Shown: one piece after another, positions 39,874 to 50,696 of the stretch
Position numbering within the stretch: position 1 is the first letter of the stretch
How the letters are laid out: every line of letters begins with the position of its first letter
Origin: Thermostichus sp. DRC_bins_24
GTDB lineage: Bacteria; Cyanobacteriota; Cyanobacteriia; Thermostichales; Thermostichaceae
NCBI GenBank assembly: GCA_039794845.1
Contig: JAUQVK010000086.1
Location: forward strand, 12,589-76,588
Direction: 5' to 3'
Length of the DNA: 64,000 nucleotides
Position numbers and translations under genes: made by a program
The notes under the pieces: generated by a model
The model's input: the letters and a program-made list of their open reading frames with translations, nothing else
The model's database searches: none
What the model was told of the DNA's origin: nothing

Positions 39874-40176
39874 TCAAACTGCCGGCAAGAACTCCGGCGC
39901 AGACAGAGACAGCAACACCCCTTCCCCCTGGTGATCACTGGGAATGGTCACCAACCAGCGGTCGGCATTCTCACGGGCGGTAAGGATCCCTAAAGCCCCC
40001 TGAACGTAGGGGGGATACAACACCTGCACCCGCATTCCCGGCACCAATTGAGCCGCAGCCTGCAACAAACCGCTCTCTTGGCCAACGTTCTGGAACGCTT
40101 CAGCGCCCTGGGTTTTCTCTGCAGCAGTTCGTGCCATGGGATCCCTCAACATCACCACTCCTCCGTCGCGCATCAT
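39874..40176 (-). CDS. Small hypothetical protein (SH3/KOW-like beta pattern)
   Basis: LVPGMRVQVLYPPYVQGALG...RWLV...LLSL; start uncertain. Confidence 0.5.
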   Translation of the reverse strand: MMRDGGVVMLRDPMARTAAEKTQGAEAFQNVGQESGLLQAAAQLVPGMRVQVLYPPYVQGALGILTARENADRWLVTIPSDHQGEGVLLSLSAPEFLPAV

Positions 40177-40314
40177 CCCCGGCCAAGCTCAGCAAGATTC
40201 AGGCCCCAACACACCACGCGTAGTAGCAGCAGCAAGCTCAACCACCAGAGGTAGGGTAAGCACGACTTGTTTAGACAGGATAAATACAATTTTGAGGAAT
40301 GACTGTATCACCGA

Positions 40315-42759
40315 TCACGAACCCAACTGAGAAGTTGCGCTCGGGGCGATCCGTCGGGGTTCTGCAGCGATGCCGGGCAGAGGTTTGCGCTCCGGCTTGC
40401 GAGCCAAGGGCAGGGCTTGCCGTTCTAGGCGCGTATCCACCAACACCGAGGGCGGGGCCAGCTTGACCCGATCCAGCAGTTGTTGTAGCAATGGGGCATC
40501 GATTTCGTCCACACGGCTTGTTGCAGCGGTTGGGGCCGTTCCGGCCACCAAGGGGGTGGGGGTGACTTGAGGGCTAGCATTCAGGGATCCGCCTGAGGCC
40601 CCACCGGCAGGATCCGCCAGCACCAATTCCGCCATCGCCTGGGCTACTTCGTTGCCGTAGATCCCATCTGGGCCCGAGGGGAGCAGATCCGCCCGTCCGT
40701 ACTTGGCGGCCAACCGGCTCAAGCCCAGTTGCAACGCCACCACCGCCGAGCCGCGATCCCCTCGCTTCAGGGTGCGTTGGCCGGCCAGCACGCTGTTCAG
40801 GTAGGCTTTGGCGGAGTCTTGTTCGCCGGTGGGCAGCAAATGCACCAACCCCTCCACGTCAATGCCCGCCTGAGGGGTGGCGGTCGGTTCCGAGCGGGGA
40901 TCCCCGGCCCAGAGCTCCGTCATGTCATAAAGCAAAATGGCATGGGGGACGGGCCGGCTGGGTTGGTTGGGGCCCGCATGGCCGGTGGCCAAGATCTCCC
41001 CTTCGTAAAGTAACGAGGTGCTAAAGCCCGAATCCAAAAGAATGGCCTCACGGATCCCGGTTTTGGGCAGAATGCGGGCCAAGATAGCAGCATTGACGTG
41101 GGTTTTGGTGACCCCAATCACCACCTGATCTTGGTCGTCCACCCCAAAAAAGGCCCTGGGACGAAATTCCTCGGCACTGGAAAGACGGAAGGAGTCAATC
41201 TCCGCCTGACTGAGGGCCTGACCATCCTTCACCAACCACAGCCCTGCCACAAACAGATCGGTGACATCCGGCATCAACTTCTGGATATTGGCGAAGTTGG
41301 TCATGGTATCGGGGTCAAAGGGCACAAAGCGAATGCGATCCTTGCCCATTAAGACTAGGGGGCGGCCCCGCACCACCTTGTCATCTTCGGGGCGACCGGG
41401 AATAAAGGTCTTGTGATTGGCCGCCATCACCGGCCCCACCATGATGTTGCTGGCAGAGTTGATCCAGGGAATGGAAAAGAAGCTGCCGTTGATGCCCGCA
41501 TCCGCTTGGTAGCGTTGGGCCAGGGTGCTGACTTCGTAGCGCCGCTCCGCATGAACCGTGGCCGCCCGTCCGCCGCGAATGGTGAGGGTACGCACCTGAT
41601 CGATCACCTCATCCTTCAAAGCCAGCGGTTGGGTCACGTTGAGCAGGTAGTCGGGGCTGCGGCTGAGGTTAACCGTTTTGGCCCCGATGATCGCCTCCGT
41701 AATGCGGAATTGGTTAAAGCGCCGCACCTCCAGCAAATTGGGGGATTGCCCCGTAAAGCCGGGATCCATGGTGAAGGACATCAAGTAACCGGCATCCGCC
41801 AGGTATTGCATCACCCGCTCGTCTCGATTCCCTTCGGGGTAGGCGAAGTAGTCGATGCGGTGGCCCAGTTCTTCTTCCAATTTGGTTTTGCAGTCAAACA
41901 CTTCCCGGCGCAGACGAGCATCATCCAGCACCCGCAGATCAGGAGGGTGATTGACGGTATGGGCGGCAAAATCGATCAAGCCACTGGCATCCATCTCCCG
42001 CATTTGATCCCAGGTGAAGTGATCTTTGCTGGTGGGCACCCCGACAAAGCCCGTTTGCACAAAATAGGCGGCGGGGTAGTTGTACTCCTTCAGGAGGGGG
42101 TAGGCATTTTCGTACAGACCCAGGTAGGCATCGTCGAAGGTGAGGAGGATGGCCTTCTCTGGCAAGGGATCCCCGTCCCGCAGGTGCTTGTAGAGCTGAT
42201 CGATGTGAATCGGGGTGACCCCCGCCTGTTTGATTGCTTCAAAATGCTGCCGCAGTTCCGCCAGGGTGGTGTCGAACCAGACTTCTTTACGGCTGGCCAC
42301 CACATCGTGGTACATGATCGACGGCACGTAGGAGAGGCTGGCCAAGGGATCCAACGCGAAGGGATCCCGTTCCAACTGGGGCTCTTTGACAATGGGCAAA
42401 CGTTGCTGTTGAGCCGCTTTGGCGGCGGCACGGGGAGCGGGCAACTCGGCAACCGGTTCCGATAACCCCGGCAAACGGCTGGCCCAATCGGGATTGGCAA
42501 TGCCCCAGGCCATGAGGGCTCCGGCGCTAAAGCCCAACAGGATCACCAGCAAAGCCACGAAGCGGAACAGCTTAAAGCGAGGCTGCACCTGAGGGCGACG
42601 GGGGGGATAGGAAAAGCTTTGTCGTGGGATAGATCCCTGCGGCAGACGAGGCTGGGATCCCCTTTGGGACGCACCCATCCTGCCGTTGGCGGGGTTAGAA
42701 CCTGGATTCCTTGGCGATGGCAACCCTCCCAGGCGCGACGGATGCTGTCGAGATGTCAT
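40315..42759 (-). CDS. Membrane-anchored polysaccharide deacetylase + phosphodiester glycosidase-like + peptidoglycan-binding-like domains
   Basis: SIMYHDV, LTFDDAY, HTVNHP, FAYPEG; GINGSFF, RPRAFFGV, LLDSGFST; LKRGDRGSAVVALQ...DGIYG. Confidence 0.82.
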   Translation of the reverse strand: MTSRQHPSRLGGLPSPRNPGSNPANGRMGASQRGSQPRLPQGSIPRQSFSYPPRRPQVQPRFKLFRFVALLVILLGFSAGALMAWGIANPDWASRLPGLSEPVAELPAPRAAAKAAQQQRLPIVKEPQLERDPFALDPLASLSYVPSIMYHDVVASRKEVWFDTTLAELRQHFEAIKQAGVTPIHIDQLYKHLRDGDPLPEKAILLTFDDAYLGLYENAYPLLKEYNYPAAYFVQTGFVGVPTSKDHFTWDQMREMDASGLIDFAAHTVNHPPDLRVLDDARLRREVFDCKTKLEEELGHRIDYFAYPEGNRDERVMQYLADAGYLMSFTMDPGFTGQSPNLLEVRRFNQFRITEAIIGAKTVNLSRSPDYLLNVTQPLALKDEVIDQVRTLTIRGGRAATVHAERRYEVSTLAQRYQADAGINGSFFSIPWINSASNIMVGPVMAANHKTFIPGRPEDDKVVRGRPLVLMGKDRIRFVPFDPDTMTNFANIQKLMPDVTDLFVAGLWLVKDGQALSQAEIDSFRLSSAEEFRPRAFFGVDDQDQVVIGVTKTHVNAAILARILPKTGIREAILLDSGFSTSLLYEGEILATGHAGPNQPSRPVPHAILLYDMTELWAGDPRSEPTATPQAGIDVEGLVHLLPTGEQDSAKAYLNSVLAGQRTLKRGDRGSAVVALQLGLSRLAAKYGRADLLPSGPDGIYGNEVAQAMAELVLADPAGGASGGSLNASPQVTPTPLVAGTAPTAATSRVDEIDAPLLQQLLDRVKLAPPSVLVDTRLERQALPLARKPERKPLPGIAAEPRRIAPSATSQLGS

Positions 42760-42975
42760 GATGTCCTCCCCACTCCCCAAAGTTCAGCCCCAAAGGACTC
42801 CGTCTTGCGGACGGCAAAACCAACGCCAGCCTACCATCCCTGGGTTGGGGATGCACAAAGCCGTAGCCCATAAACTATTGGTCAGGATCCCTGCAGGCCA
42901 GCCCTGTGAGGCTGCTTCCCCATGTTTAAAGGCTGGGGATGAGCATTTGAAGACCGTGTCAGGGCTTAAGGCCCC

Positions 42976-43467
42976 TCAGTTGAGGTTGCTCAAGACATTG
43001 GATTCAGAAATGCTGAGGATTTGACCTCCCATTCGGGTGATGCGCTTCACTTCTTGAGAGAGGCGGCTGAAGGGCACCTTGTACTCGATGACGCTCTTGC
43101 GTACGCCCCCTCCAACCACACCCGACACCTTGATGGTGAAGGTTTTATCGCTATTAGGCAGGGATGACCCTGAGGGTGCTGATGTGCTGACGTGTACAGA
43201 GCCAGATTCTGGAGCTTCGGAAGGAGGAGCAGCACTCTCCCGTTCTAGGAGCAGTCTCCAGGTGCGCGGGTAAGCCGGGGCAAGACGATAGGCCACTTTG
43301 TAGGATCCGGCCAGATTGCCATCCTCTGATTCCACCTTCACCACCGCCCCAACCGGAACATCCAGCTTGGCCCCGGTGGACATGACTTTAATGCCAGGCC
43401 AATTGGTGGGCACATCCGCAAGTGGTTCGACCTCAAAGGATTGATCCCCCAGCAACAATTTGGCCAT
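42976..43467 (-). CDS. Protein with C-terminal CpcD/ApcC phycobilisome-linker domain and unknown N-terminal domain
   Basis: FTIKVSG...RKSVIEYKVPFSRLSQEVKRITRMGGQILSI. Confidence 0.8.
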   Translation of the reverse strand: MAKLLLGDQSFEVEPLADVPTNWPGIKVMSTGAKLDVPVGAVVKVESEDGNLAGSYKVAYRLAPAYPRTWRLLLERESAAPPSEAPESGSVHVSTSAPSGSSLPNSDKTFTIKVSGVVGGGVRKSVIEYKVPFSRLSQEVKRITRMGGQILSISESNVLSNLN

Positions 43468-43645
43468 GTCGATAACTCCGTTTTGCCCAGCGCTCAGTGG
43501 CCGAGGACTTGCCTACAACCACCGCTTTACCGTCAGCCATTCTACCGTTGCCCGGTGCCCACCTGAACCATCCTGCCGGCTTGTGTAGTTTAAAGTAGAT
43601 TTGTTAAGAAGACTGTGGATTCGTCGCTGGTATGGAGGGAGCACG

Positions 43646-44200
43646 ATGGATGGGTCAAGGTGGGCTTTGCCGGATCTGTCGGCATGGTCGGATCAGTTGA
43701 CTGCTGCATTGCAGCCGGTGGCCCAGGTGTTTGCCGGGTTGGATTTGCCGCAGCCGATTGTGCGGTGGGGCCACCCCTTGATGATGGGTATTGTGGTGGT
43801 GGCTATGGGCAGCTTTGTCGGCTTGACGGGCTGGCGGGGTCGGGCCTTGCGCCTGGCAGCAGAAGCCGCTTCAGAGGGATCCCTCTCGGAATCGGCCCAG
43901 AAACAGTTGTTGGATCATCGCAAATTGGCCCCCTGGATGGCGACGTTTTTGGCTTTGGGCTACACGGGCGGTATTTTGTCTTTGGTGATGCAAGGGGAAC
44001 CTCTATTGAGTAGCCCTCATTTTTGGACGGGATCCCTGGTGTTACTGTTGTTGGGGGTGAATGGTGCTTTGTCCATCACGGGCTTTGGGGGTAACCGTGC
44101 CGCTCTGCGGACCACCCATGCCTATGTGGGCAGTCTCATCCTGTGTGTGCTGTTTGCCCATGCGCTGCTTGGGATTAAGTTGGGTTTGTCTTTAGCCTGA
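43646..44200 (+). CDS. DUF4079-like membrane protein (cytochrome b561-like His pattern)
   Basis: WGHPLMMG, DHRKLAP, SPHFWTG, THAYVG, AHALLG. Confidence 0.8.
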   Translation: MDGSRWALPDLSAWSDQLTAALQPVAQVFAGLDLPQPIVRWGHPLMMGIVVVAMGSFVGLTGWRGRALRLAAEAASEGSLSESAQKQLLDHRKLAPWMATFLALGYTGGILSLVMQGEPLLSSPHFWTGSLVLLLLGVNGALSITGFGGNRAALRTTHAYVGSLILCVLFAHALLGIKLGLSLA

Positions 44201-44271
44201 GGTTGCAGACACCGGGGAGTGCCTAATTTCCATCCCGCCTCCTTTACAGTTGCCAAGAGGGATCCCGTCTT

Positions 44272-45864
44272 TTGCCTGCGGTTGTTTTGCTGATCCTGGG
44301 GCTAAGCTTGCTCCTGCGCTGGCTGATTGCTGCCGCATTGCCCCCGGGCTTTGACGAAGCCTACTACTATCTCTACACCCGCCACCTGGACTGGAGCTAT
44401 TTCGACCATCCGCCGTTGGTGGCCTGGGTGACGGGTTTTGGGCCCCTCTTAACCGGGCAGGTGTCGGCCCTTTCGATTCGACTGGGATCCCTGCTGCTGT
44501 ATACGGGCTCTTCGATTTTCCTGTACCGCACCGGGGCCCATCTTTTTTCCGCCCGAGCCGGCGTGATCAGCTTGGCGGTGGCCAACATTGCGCCCATCCT
44601 CTGGGTGGGGTTTGGGGTGCTGACGCTGCCGGATAGCCCGCTGATCTTTTTCTCGGCGGCGACGCTGTGGGTCTGTGGCCAAGAGTTTTTCCCGCTTCCC
44701 TCTCAGCGGGGCCAGGGGACATTTGGCGTTTATGGGGCCACTCGTTACCAGCCGGGGCCAAGACTGGCCCTGATCGGGCTGTTGGTGGGGTTGGCCTGTT
44801 TGGGGAAGTACCACGGGTTGGCTTTGGGCTTTGGCCTGGTGCTCTTTTGTCTGCTTAGCCCTCACCATCGTCGTGCCTTGGGGTCGGGGTGGACGGGGAT
44901 TGCCCTACTGGCTTTTTGGATTGCCCTCAGCCCTGTGCTGCTTTGGAATGCCCAACAGGATTGGGTCTCCTTCCGCTTTCAGGGGGGACGGGCATTGCCG
45001 GAGGCGGGGTATCAATTGGGGGAGCTGTTTTTGACGGCTGGGGTGGGGATCCTTTACCTATTTCCCAGCTTAGGGATCCCGCTGTGGGGGGCGAGTTTGG
45101 CCAACAGTGGACGGATCCTGTTGCAAACCGTGCAAGGATTGCGGCTCACGGATGAAGATCTGAAGCGGCTGCTGATTCTGGCCTGTGGTTTGCCCTTGGT
45201 GCTGGGGTTCACGGTGATGGGGGGCTACCGACAGATTTTGCCCACCTGGCCGATGCCGGGGTTTTGGGTGCTGACTTTGCTGCTGGGATCCCAGTGGGAA
45301 GGGTGGAGGCGGGTGGGACGGGGGTTGAGCGCGTCGTGGCTGATGGTGGTTTTGTTGGTGGGGGTGGGGCTGGCCCATGTGCGCTACGGCCTCTTGCAGG
45401 CGCCGGGGGGGTTGGGGCTGTGGCCGGTAGAGACGGATCCCTCCACCCAGCTCATCGAGATCGAACAGTTGCGGCAGGCCTTTCAGACGGATCCCGATTT
45501 GGCTCAGGCCCTGGCCGAAGTTGATTTTGTCTTTACCAATGCCTATTTTTTGGGTGGGCAGATCGGCATGGCCTTGGCTCCCCTCACGAATAAGCCCCTA
45601 ACCTGCTTAGATGAAGATCTGCGGGGGTTTGCCTTTTGGTCGCAACCGGAGGATTGGCTAGGGCAGGATGGCTTGTTACTCACCTCGGCGCTGTTTCAAC
45701 CCCCAAATGGGATCCCGGCTACCTATGGCGACTACTTTGCCCGCATTGAACCTGTGGCCGAGATTCCCCTGATGCGGGCGGGGGCAGTGGCACAAACCTT
45801 TCAGGTGTACCGGGCTCAACAAATGCTTAGAGCCTACCCGCGTCCCTACTCACGGCGACAGTAG
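44272..45864 (+). CDS. ArnT/PMT_2 (GT-C) glycosyltransferase
   Basis: DEAYYYLY..HLDWSYFDHPPLVAW, PDSPL, LGKYHG. Confidence 0.88.
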   Translation: MPAVVLLILGLSLLLRWLIAAALPPGFDEAYYYLYTRHLDWSYFDHPPLVAWVTGFGPLLTGQVSALSIRLGSLLLYTGSSIFLYRTGAHLFSARAGVISLAVANIAPILWVGFGVLTLPDSPLIFFSAATLWVCGQEFFPLPSQRGQGTFGVYGATRYQPGPRLALIGLLVGLACLGKYHGLALGFGLVLFCLLSPHHRRALGSGWTGIALLAFWIALSPVLLWNAQQDWVSFRFQGGRALPEAGYQLGELFLTAGVGILYLFPSLGIPLWGASLANSGRILLQTVQGLRLTDEDLKRLLILACGLPLVLGFTVMGGYRQILPTWPMPGFWVLTLLLGSQWEGWRRVGRGLSASWLMVVLLVGVGLAHVRYGLLQAPGGLGLWPVETDPSTQLIEIEQLRQAFQTDPDLAQALAEVDFVFTNAYFLGGQIGMALAPLTNKPLTCLDEDLRGFAFWSQPEDWLGQDGLLLTSALFQPPNGIPATYGDYFARIEPVAEIPLMRAGAVAQTFQVYRAQQMLRAYPRPYSRRQ

Positions 45865-45989
45865 GGGTTGAGCAGTATGCAGTATAGGGGGAGCACTGCG
45901 GCGGATCCTGGTAGGCTTGAATCGTTGCCGGTTCGGCAATGTAGCCCTTCAGGCTGAACCGCTCATGTTCCACTGTGTAGGTAGGCCCC

Positions 45990-46430
45990 ATGACCGAACC
46001 TTATGCGCCGAATCCCGGCGCACCTTCTCCGTCTCGTCAGGGTGTTGTCGGTATGACTTGTGCCCTCGGGGATCCTGTGGATGCCATGGCTCCCGATCAA
46101 TCGGAAATTCGCTTTTTGGCTCAGGTGCAGGGGGGCAGCATGGTCCACTGTCGCTTGCCCGTGGGTAAAGTCTCTTTGGCGGTTACCCATCGCACGGTTG
46201 AGGAGTTGTGGTACATCCTGTCTGGGGAGGGGGAACTGTGGCGGCGGCAGGGGGAGCAGCAGCAGGTGGTCACCCTACAGGCGGGGATCAGCCTGTCCAT
46301 TCCTTTGGGGGCTCATTTTCAATTTCGCAATACGGGAGCGGAGCCTTTGCAGTTCATCATTGTCACCATGCCGCCTTGGCCCGGGGCAGAGGAGGCGGTG
46401 CGGGTGCCCGATTACTGGCCAATTTCTTAA
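45990..46430 (+). CDS. Cupin domain protein
   Basis: THRTVEELWYILSGEGE...IPLGAHFQFRNTG. Confidence 0.85.
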   Translation: MTEPYAPNPGAPSPSRQGVVGMTCALGDPVDAMAPDQSEIRFLAQVQGGSMVHCRLPVGKVSLAVTHRTVEELWYILSGEGELWRRQGEQQQVVTLQAGISLSIPLGAHFQFRNTGAEPLQFIIVTMPPWPGAEEAVRVPDYWPIS

Positions 46431-46494
46431 ACGTGTTCGGGGAAAGTTAGTGCTATCTTAAGACCGCTTCTGTCCACGCCAGGGGGATGGCACT

Positions 46495-47832
46495 TTGTCT
46501 GGCGAGCTGCTGATCCGAAATGCCGAACTGCTGGTACCGGAAGGGGATCCCTGGCGGGGGGATCTCCTGGTGCGCAAGGGGATCATCGCCCAAATCGACC
46601 GCAGCATTTCCCCCGAAGGGGTTGCCCACGTTATCGAGGCAGAGGGCAAAACTCTGATGCCAGGGGTAATCGACCCACAGGTTCATTTTCGCGAACCGGG
46701 ACGAGAACACAAAGAAGATTTGCAAACGGGATCCTGGGCCTGTGCCCACGGCGGGGTGACCAGCTTTTTGGAGATGCCCAATACCGATCCGCTGACCATC
46801 AACCAAGCGGCCCTGGATGACAAATTGGCCCGCGCCGCCAGCAAATGTGTGGTGAATTACGGCTTTTTTATCGGGGCAACTGTCGATAACCTAAAAGATC
46901 TGCAAACGGTGCAGGGGGCTTGTGGCATCAAGATCTTTATGGGATCCATGCACGGCCCCCTGTTGGTAGATGATCAAGCGGCACTCGAGCGCATTTTTGG
47001 GGAGACGGATCCCAACTTTTTAATTGCGGTCCACGCCGAAGATCTCACCCGGATCCGTGCCCGTCAAGCGGCTTTTGCCGGGCAAACCGATGTGGCGGTT
47101 CACTCCCAAATTCAAGACGAAGAATCCGCCCTGATCGCCAGCCAAAGGGCCTTGGATTTATCCACCCGCTATCGGCACCGTCTGCACATTTTGCATCTTT
47201 CTACGGGGCTGGAGGTGGATCTGCTGCGGCAACACAAACCCGCTTGGGTCACAGCGGAAGTGACCCCACAACACCTGCTCCTGAGCACCGAAGATTACGC
47301 CCGTGTCGGATCCCTGGCCCAAATGAACCCCCCCCTACGGGATCCCCAAAACAATCTGCAGCTTTGGCAGGGGTTACAGGAGGGCATCTTAGACTGCATC
47401 GCCACCGATCATGCCCCCCATACCCTGGAAGAGAAAGCCCAACCCTACCCCGGGTCGCCTTCGGGAATGCCGGGGGTGGAAACGGCTCTGCCCCTGATGT
47501 TGACCGCCGCTCGCCAGGGCCGCTGTACCCTGTCTCAGGTGGTGCAGTGGATGTGTGAGGCACCGGCCCGTCTCTACGGGATCCCCAATAAGGGGCGACT
47601 GCAGGTGGGCTACGATGCCGACCTGGTGCTGGTGGATCGACATACCCCCAAACCGGTGCGGCGACAGGATTTGTTGACCAAGTGCGGCTGGAGCCCGTTT
47701 GAAGGCTGGGAACTGGTCGGCTGGCCCCTGCTCACGGTGGTGGGCGGCCAGATTGCCTTTCGAGAGGGGAAAGTGGATCCCTCGGTGCGGGGTAGGGCTC
47801 TACAGTTTCAGCACTCGGGATCCCGAACTTAG
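46495..47832 (+). CDS. pyrC: Dihydroorotase (amidohydrolase family)
   Basis: [36 protein letters not shown]. Confidence 0.85.
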   Translation: MSGELLIRNAELLVPEGDPWRGDLLVRKGIIAQIDRSISPEGVAHVIEAEGKTLMPGVIDPQVHFREPGREHKEDLQTGSWACAHGGVTSFLEMPNTDPLTINQAALDDKLARAASKCVVNYGFFIGATVDNLKDLQTVQGACGIKIFMGSMHGPLLVDDQAALERIFGETDPNFLIAVHAEDLTRIRARQAAFAGQTDVAVHSQIQDEESALIASQRALDLSTRYRHRLHILHLSTGLEVDLLRQHKPAWVTAEVTPQHLLLSTEDYARVGSLAQMNPPLRDPQNNLQLWQGLQEGILDCIATDHAPHTLEEKAQPYPGSPSGMPGVETALPLMLTAARQGRCTLSQVVQWMCEAPARLYGIPNKGRLQVGYDADLVLVDRHTPKPVRRQDLLTKCGWSPFEGWELVGWPLLTVVGGQIAFREGKVDPSVRGRALQFQHSGSRT

Positions 47833-50480
47833 CCTACCTTCTCAGCCGGGATGGGGGCGGGCGGTTCGTTGCCGGCGGTGGAGCCGATCTTGCGGAAGGA
47901 GAGGCGCTCGTTGGCCACATCCACCTGGATCCTGTCCCCGGGCAGAAACTCGTTTTCCAAGAGCTTGGTGGCGATGGGATTTTCGATTTCCCGTTGAATC
48001 ACCCGCTTCAAGGGGCGGGCCCCGAACACGGGGTCGTAGCCCACTTCCGCCACGTAGTCTTTGGCCTCATCCGTGAGGACGATCTCAATTTGCTGGTCGG
48101 CCAGCAGTTGCTCCACCCGCCGCATTTGCAAGCTGACGATCTGGCGAATTTCCGCTTTGGTCAGGGCATGGAAGATGATCAACTCATCCACCCGGTTCAA
48201 AAATTCCGGTCGGAAATTGTGCCGCAACATGGCCAAGACTTGCGTTTTCATCTCCTCATAGCGACTTTCATCCCCACCAATTTCCAGGATTAGATCGCTG
48301 CCGATATTGCTGGTCATGATGATGATCGTGTTTTTGAAATCCACCGTTCGCCCCTGCGAGTCGGTAATGCGGCCATCATCCAGCACCTGCAGCAAAATGT
48401 TGAACACATCCGGGTGGGCTTTTTCCACCTCATCAAACAACACCACCGAGTAGGGCCGCCGCCGCACCGCCTCGGAAAGTTGCCCCCCTTCTTCGTAGCC
48501 GACATAGCCAGGAGGGGCCCCCACCAGCCGCGAGACGGAGTGTTTTTCCATATACTCGGACATGTCGATGCGCACCATCGCCTCGGAGGTATCGAAAAGG
48601 AACTCCGCCAAGGCCCGGGCCAGCTCGGTCTTGCCCACCCCCGTCGGCCCCATGAACAGAAAAGATCCGATGGGACGGTTGGGATCCTTCATGCCGGCTC
48701 TGGCCCGCCGAATCGCTGCCGCCACCGCTTTCACGGCTTCGTCTTGGCCGATCACCCGCCTGTGCAGATGCTCCTCCAGGCGCAATAACTTTTGCTTCTC
48801 CGATTCCATCAGGCTGGTCACCGGGATCCCCGTCCAACGGGAAACGATCTCGGCAATATCCTCTTGGGTGACTTGCTCCCGCAGCAGGGGCTCCCCGCTC
48901 GATTGCTGGCTGGCCAGGTGGGCCTCCTGCTCCTGAATTTGCCGCTCCAGCTCCATTAGTTTGCCGTATTTCAGCTCGGCGGCCCGGTTCAGATCATATT
49001 TTTGTTCGGCTTGCTCAATTTGCAGCTTCACGGCATCCCGTTCCGCTTTCAGAGCTTGCAGTTGCTCCAGGCCCTCTTTCTCAAATTGCCAGCGGGCGTT
49101 CAATTCCCGTTGCCGCTCCGTCAGGTTGGCCAGCTCCTGTTCAATTTTGCTGAGGCGGTCTTTGGAGGCAATATCATCCTCTTTTTTCAGGGACAGTTCC
49201 TCCATTTGCAGTTGCATAATGCGCCGGTCAATTTCATCCAATTCCACCGGCTTGGAGGTGATCTCCATTTTCAGTTTGGCAGCGGCTTCATCGACCAGGT
49301 CAATGGCTTTATCCGGCAGAAACCGTTCGGAAATATAGCGGTTGGAGAGCACGGCGGCAGCCACCAAAGCCGAGTCGGCAATTTTGACACCGTGGTGCAG
49401 TTCGTAGCGTTCCTTCAGGCCCCGCAGGATGGAAATGGTGTCCTCCACCGAGGGCTGATCCACAAACACCTGTTGGAAGCGGCGTTCTAGGGCGGCATCC
49501 TTTTCGATGTGCTTGCGGTACTCATCTAGGGTGGTGGCACCGATGCAGCGCAGTTCCCCCCGGGCCAGCATCGGTTTTAGCAGGTTACCGGCATCCATTG
49601 CCCCTTCCCCGGCCCCGGCCCCGACGACGGTGTGCAATTCGTCGATGAACAGGACAATCTGCCCTTCCGACTCGGTGACCTCTTTCAGTACCGCCTTGAG
49701 GCGATCTTCAAACTCACCCCGATATTTGGCCCCGGCAATCAAGGCTCCCATGTCTAGGGAGATTACCCGGCGATTTTTCAACGACTCCGGCACATCTCCC
49801 CGATTGATGCGTTGGGCTAAGCCCTCGACAATGGCGGTTTTGCCCACACCGGGTTCGCCAATCAAGACAGGGTTGTTTTTGGTGCGGCGAGACAACACCT
49901 GGATGACGCGACGGATCTCCTCATCCCGGCCAATCACCGGATCCAATTTCCCCTCCCGAGCTGCCCGGGTGAGATCGCGGCCATAGCGTTCGAGGGCTTC
50001 GTAGCGGGATTCCGGGTTTTTGTCCGTGACCCGTTGTCTGCCCCGCACCTCTTGAATGACGGGCTTGAGGCGCTCCACCGTCAGGCCCAAGGGCGCTAAA
50101 ACCCGCTTGCCCACCCGCTCATCCTGCAGGGATCCCAGAAACAAATGTTCGACGGAGATAAAGTCATCTTCGTATTCCTTGCGGAACTCCTCCGCCCGAT
50201 CCAGGGTGGTTTCCAGGCCCCGGCCCAAATACAGTTGATCCACCCGCGCCAGTTTCGGTTGCTGGTTGATGAAACTCTCCAGTTTGTCCCGCAGCAACCT
50301 GGGATTCACGCCCGCCCGTTGCAAGATCGTTTGGGTGAGACCCCCCTCCTGATCCAGGAGTGAGATCAGCAAATGCTCGGTTTCCAGTTGCTGCTGTTGG
50401 TGTTGGCGAGCCACATCCTGGGATTTGACGATGGCATCCCAGGCTTTTTCGGTAAATTGATTGGGATTGGTGGGCTGCAT
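47829..50480 (-). CDS. clpB: ATP-dependent disaggregase ClpB
   Basis: GEPGVGKT, coiled-coil M domain, [16 protein letters not shown]. Confidence 0.97.
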   Translation of the reverse strand: MQPTNPNQFTEKAWDAIVKSQDVARQHQQQQLETEHLLISLLDQEGGLTQTILQRAGVNPRLLRDKLESFINQQPKLARVDQLYLGRGLETTLDRAEEFRKEYEDDFISVEHLFLGSLQDERVGKRVLAPLGLTVERLKPVIQEVRGRQRVTDKNPESRYEALERYGRDLTRAAREGKLDPVIGRDEEIRRVIQVLSRRTKNNPVLIGEPGVGKTAIVEGLAQRINRGDVPESLKNRRVISLDMGALIAGAKYRGEFEDRLKAVLKEVTESEGQIVLFIDELHTVVGAGAGEGAMDAGNLLKPMLARGELRCIGATTLDEYRKHIEKDAALERRFQQVFVDQPSVEDTISILRGLKERYELHHGVKIADSALVAAAVLSNRYISERFLPDKAIDLVDEAAAKLKMEITSKPVELDEIDRRIMQLQMEELSLKKEDDIASKDRLSKIEQELANLTERQRELNARWQFEKEGLEQLQALKAERDAVKLQIEQAEQKYDLNRAAELKYGKLMELERQIQEQEAHLASQQSSGEPLLREQVTQEDIAEIVSRWTGIPVTSLMESEKQKLLRLEEHLHRRVIGQDEAVKAVAAAIRRARAGMKDPNRPIGSFLFMGPTGVGKTELARALAEFLFDTSEAMVRIDMSEYMEKHSVSRLVGAPPGYVGYEEGGQLSEAVRRRPYSVVLFDEVEKAHPDVFNILLQVLDDGRITDSQGRTVDFKNTIIIMTSNIGSDLILEIGGDESRYEEMKTQVLAMLRHNFRPEFLNRVDELIIFHALTKAEIRQIVSLQMRRVEQLLADQQIEIVLTDEAKDYVAEVGYDPVFGARPLKRVIQREIENPIATKLLENEFLPGDRIQVDVANERLSFRKIGSTAGNEPPAPIPAEKVG

Positions 50481-50696
50481 AGGAGTTTGAGAAGAGCTTG
50501 GTATTCAGTATAAGAAGCATAAGAAGCGGTTCGGGATCATACCCCTGGCCGCCAAAGTGGAGGGGAGTCCAGGCGGGATCCCACTGATCGATCCCACTGA
50601 TCTAGGTATCGCCCATTTTGCAGAATCAAGAGTTCAAGAGAACCGCCCCCCATACCCAGCTCTGTGGAGGGATCCCCGCCTTGGGCTGAGTCGGGG

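Noticed and set aside
50481..50696. CIRCE element upstream of clpB
   Set aside because: No TTAGCACTC-N9-GAGTGCTAA present.
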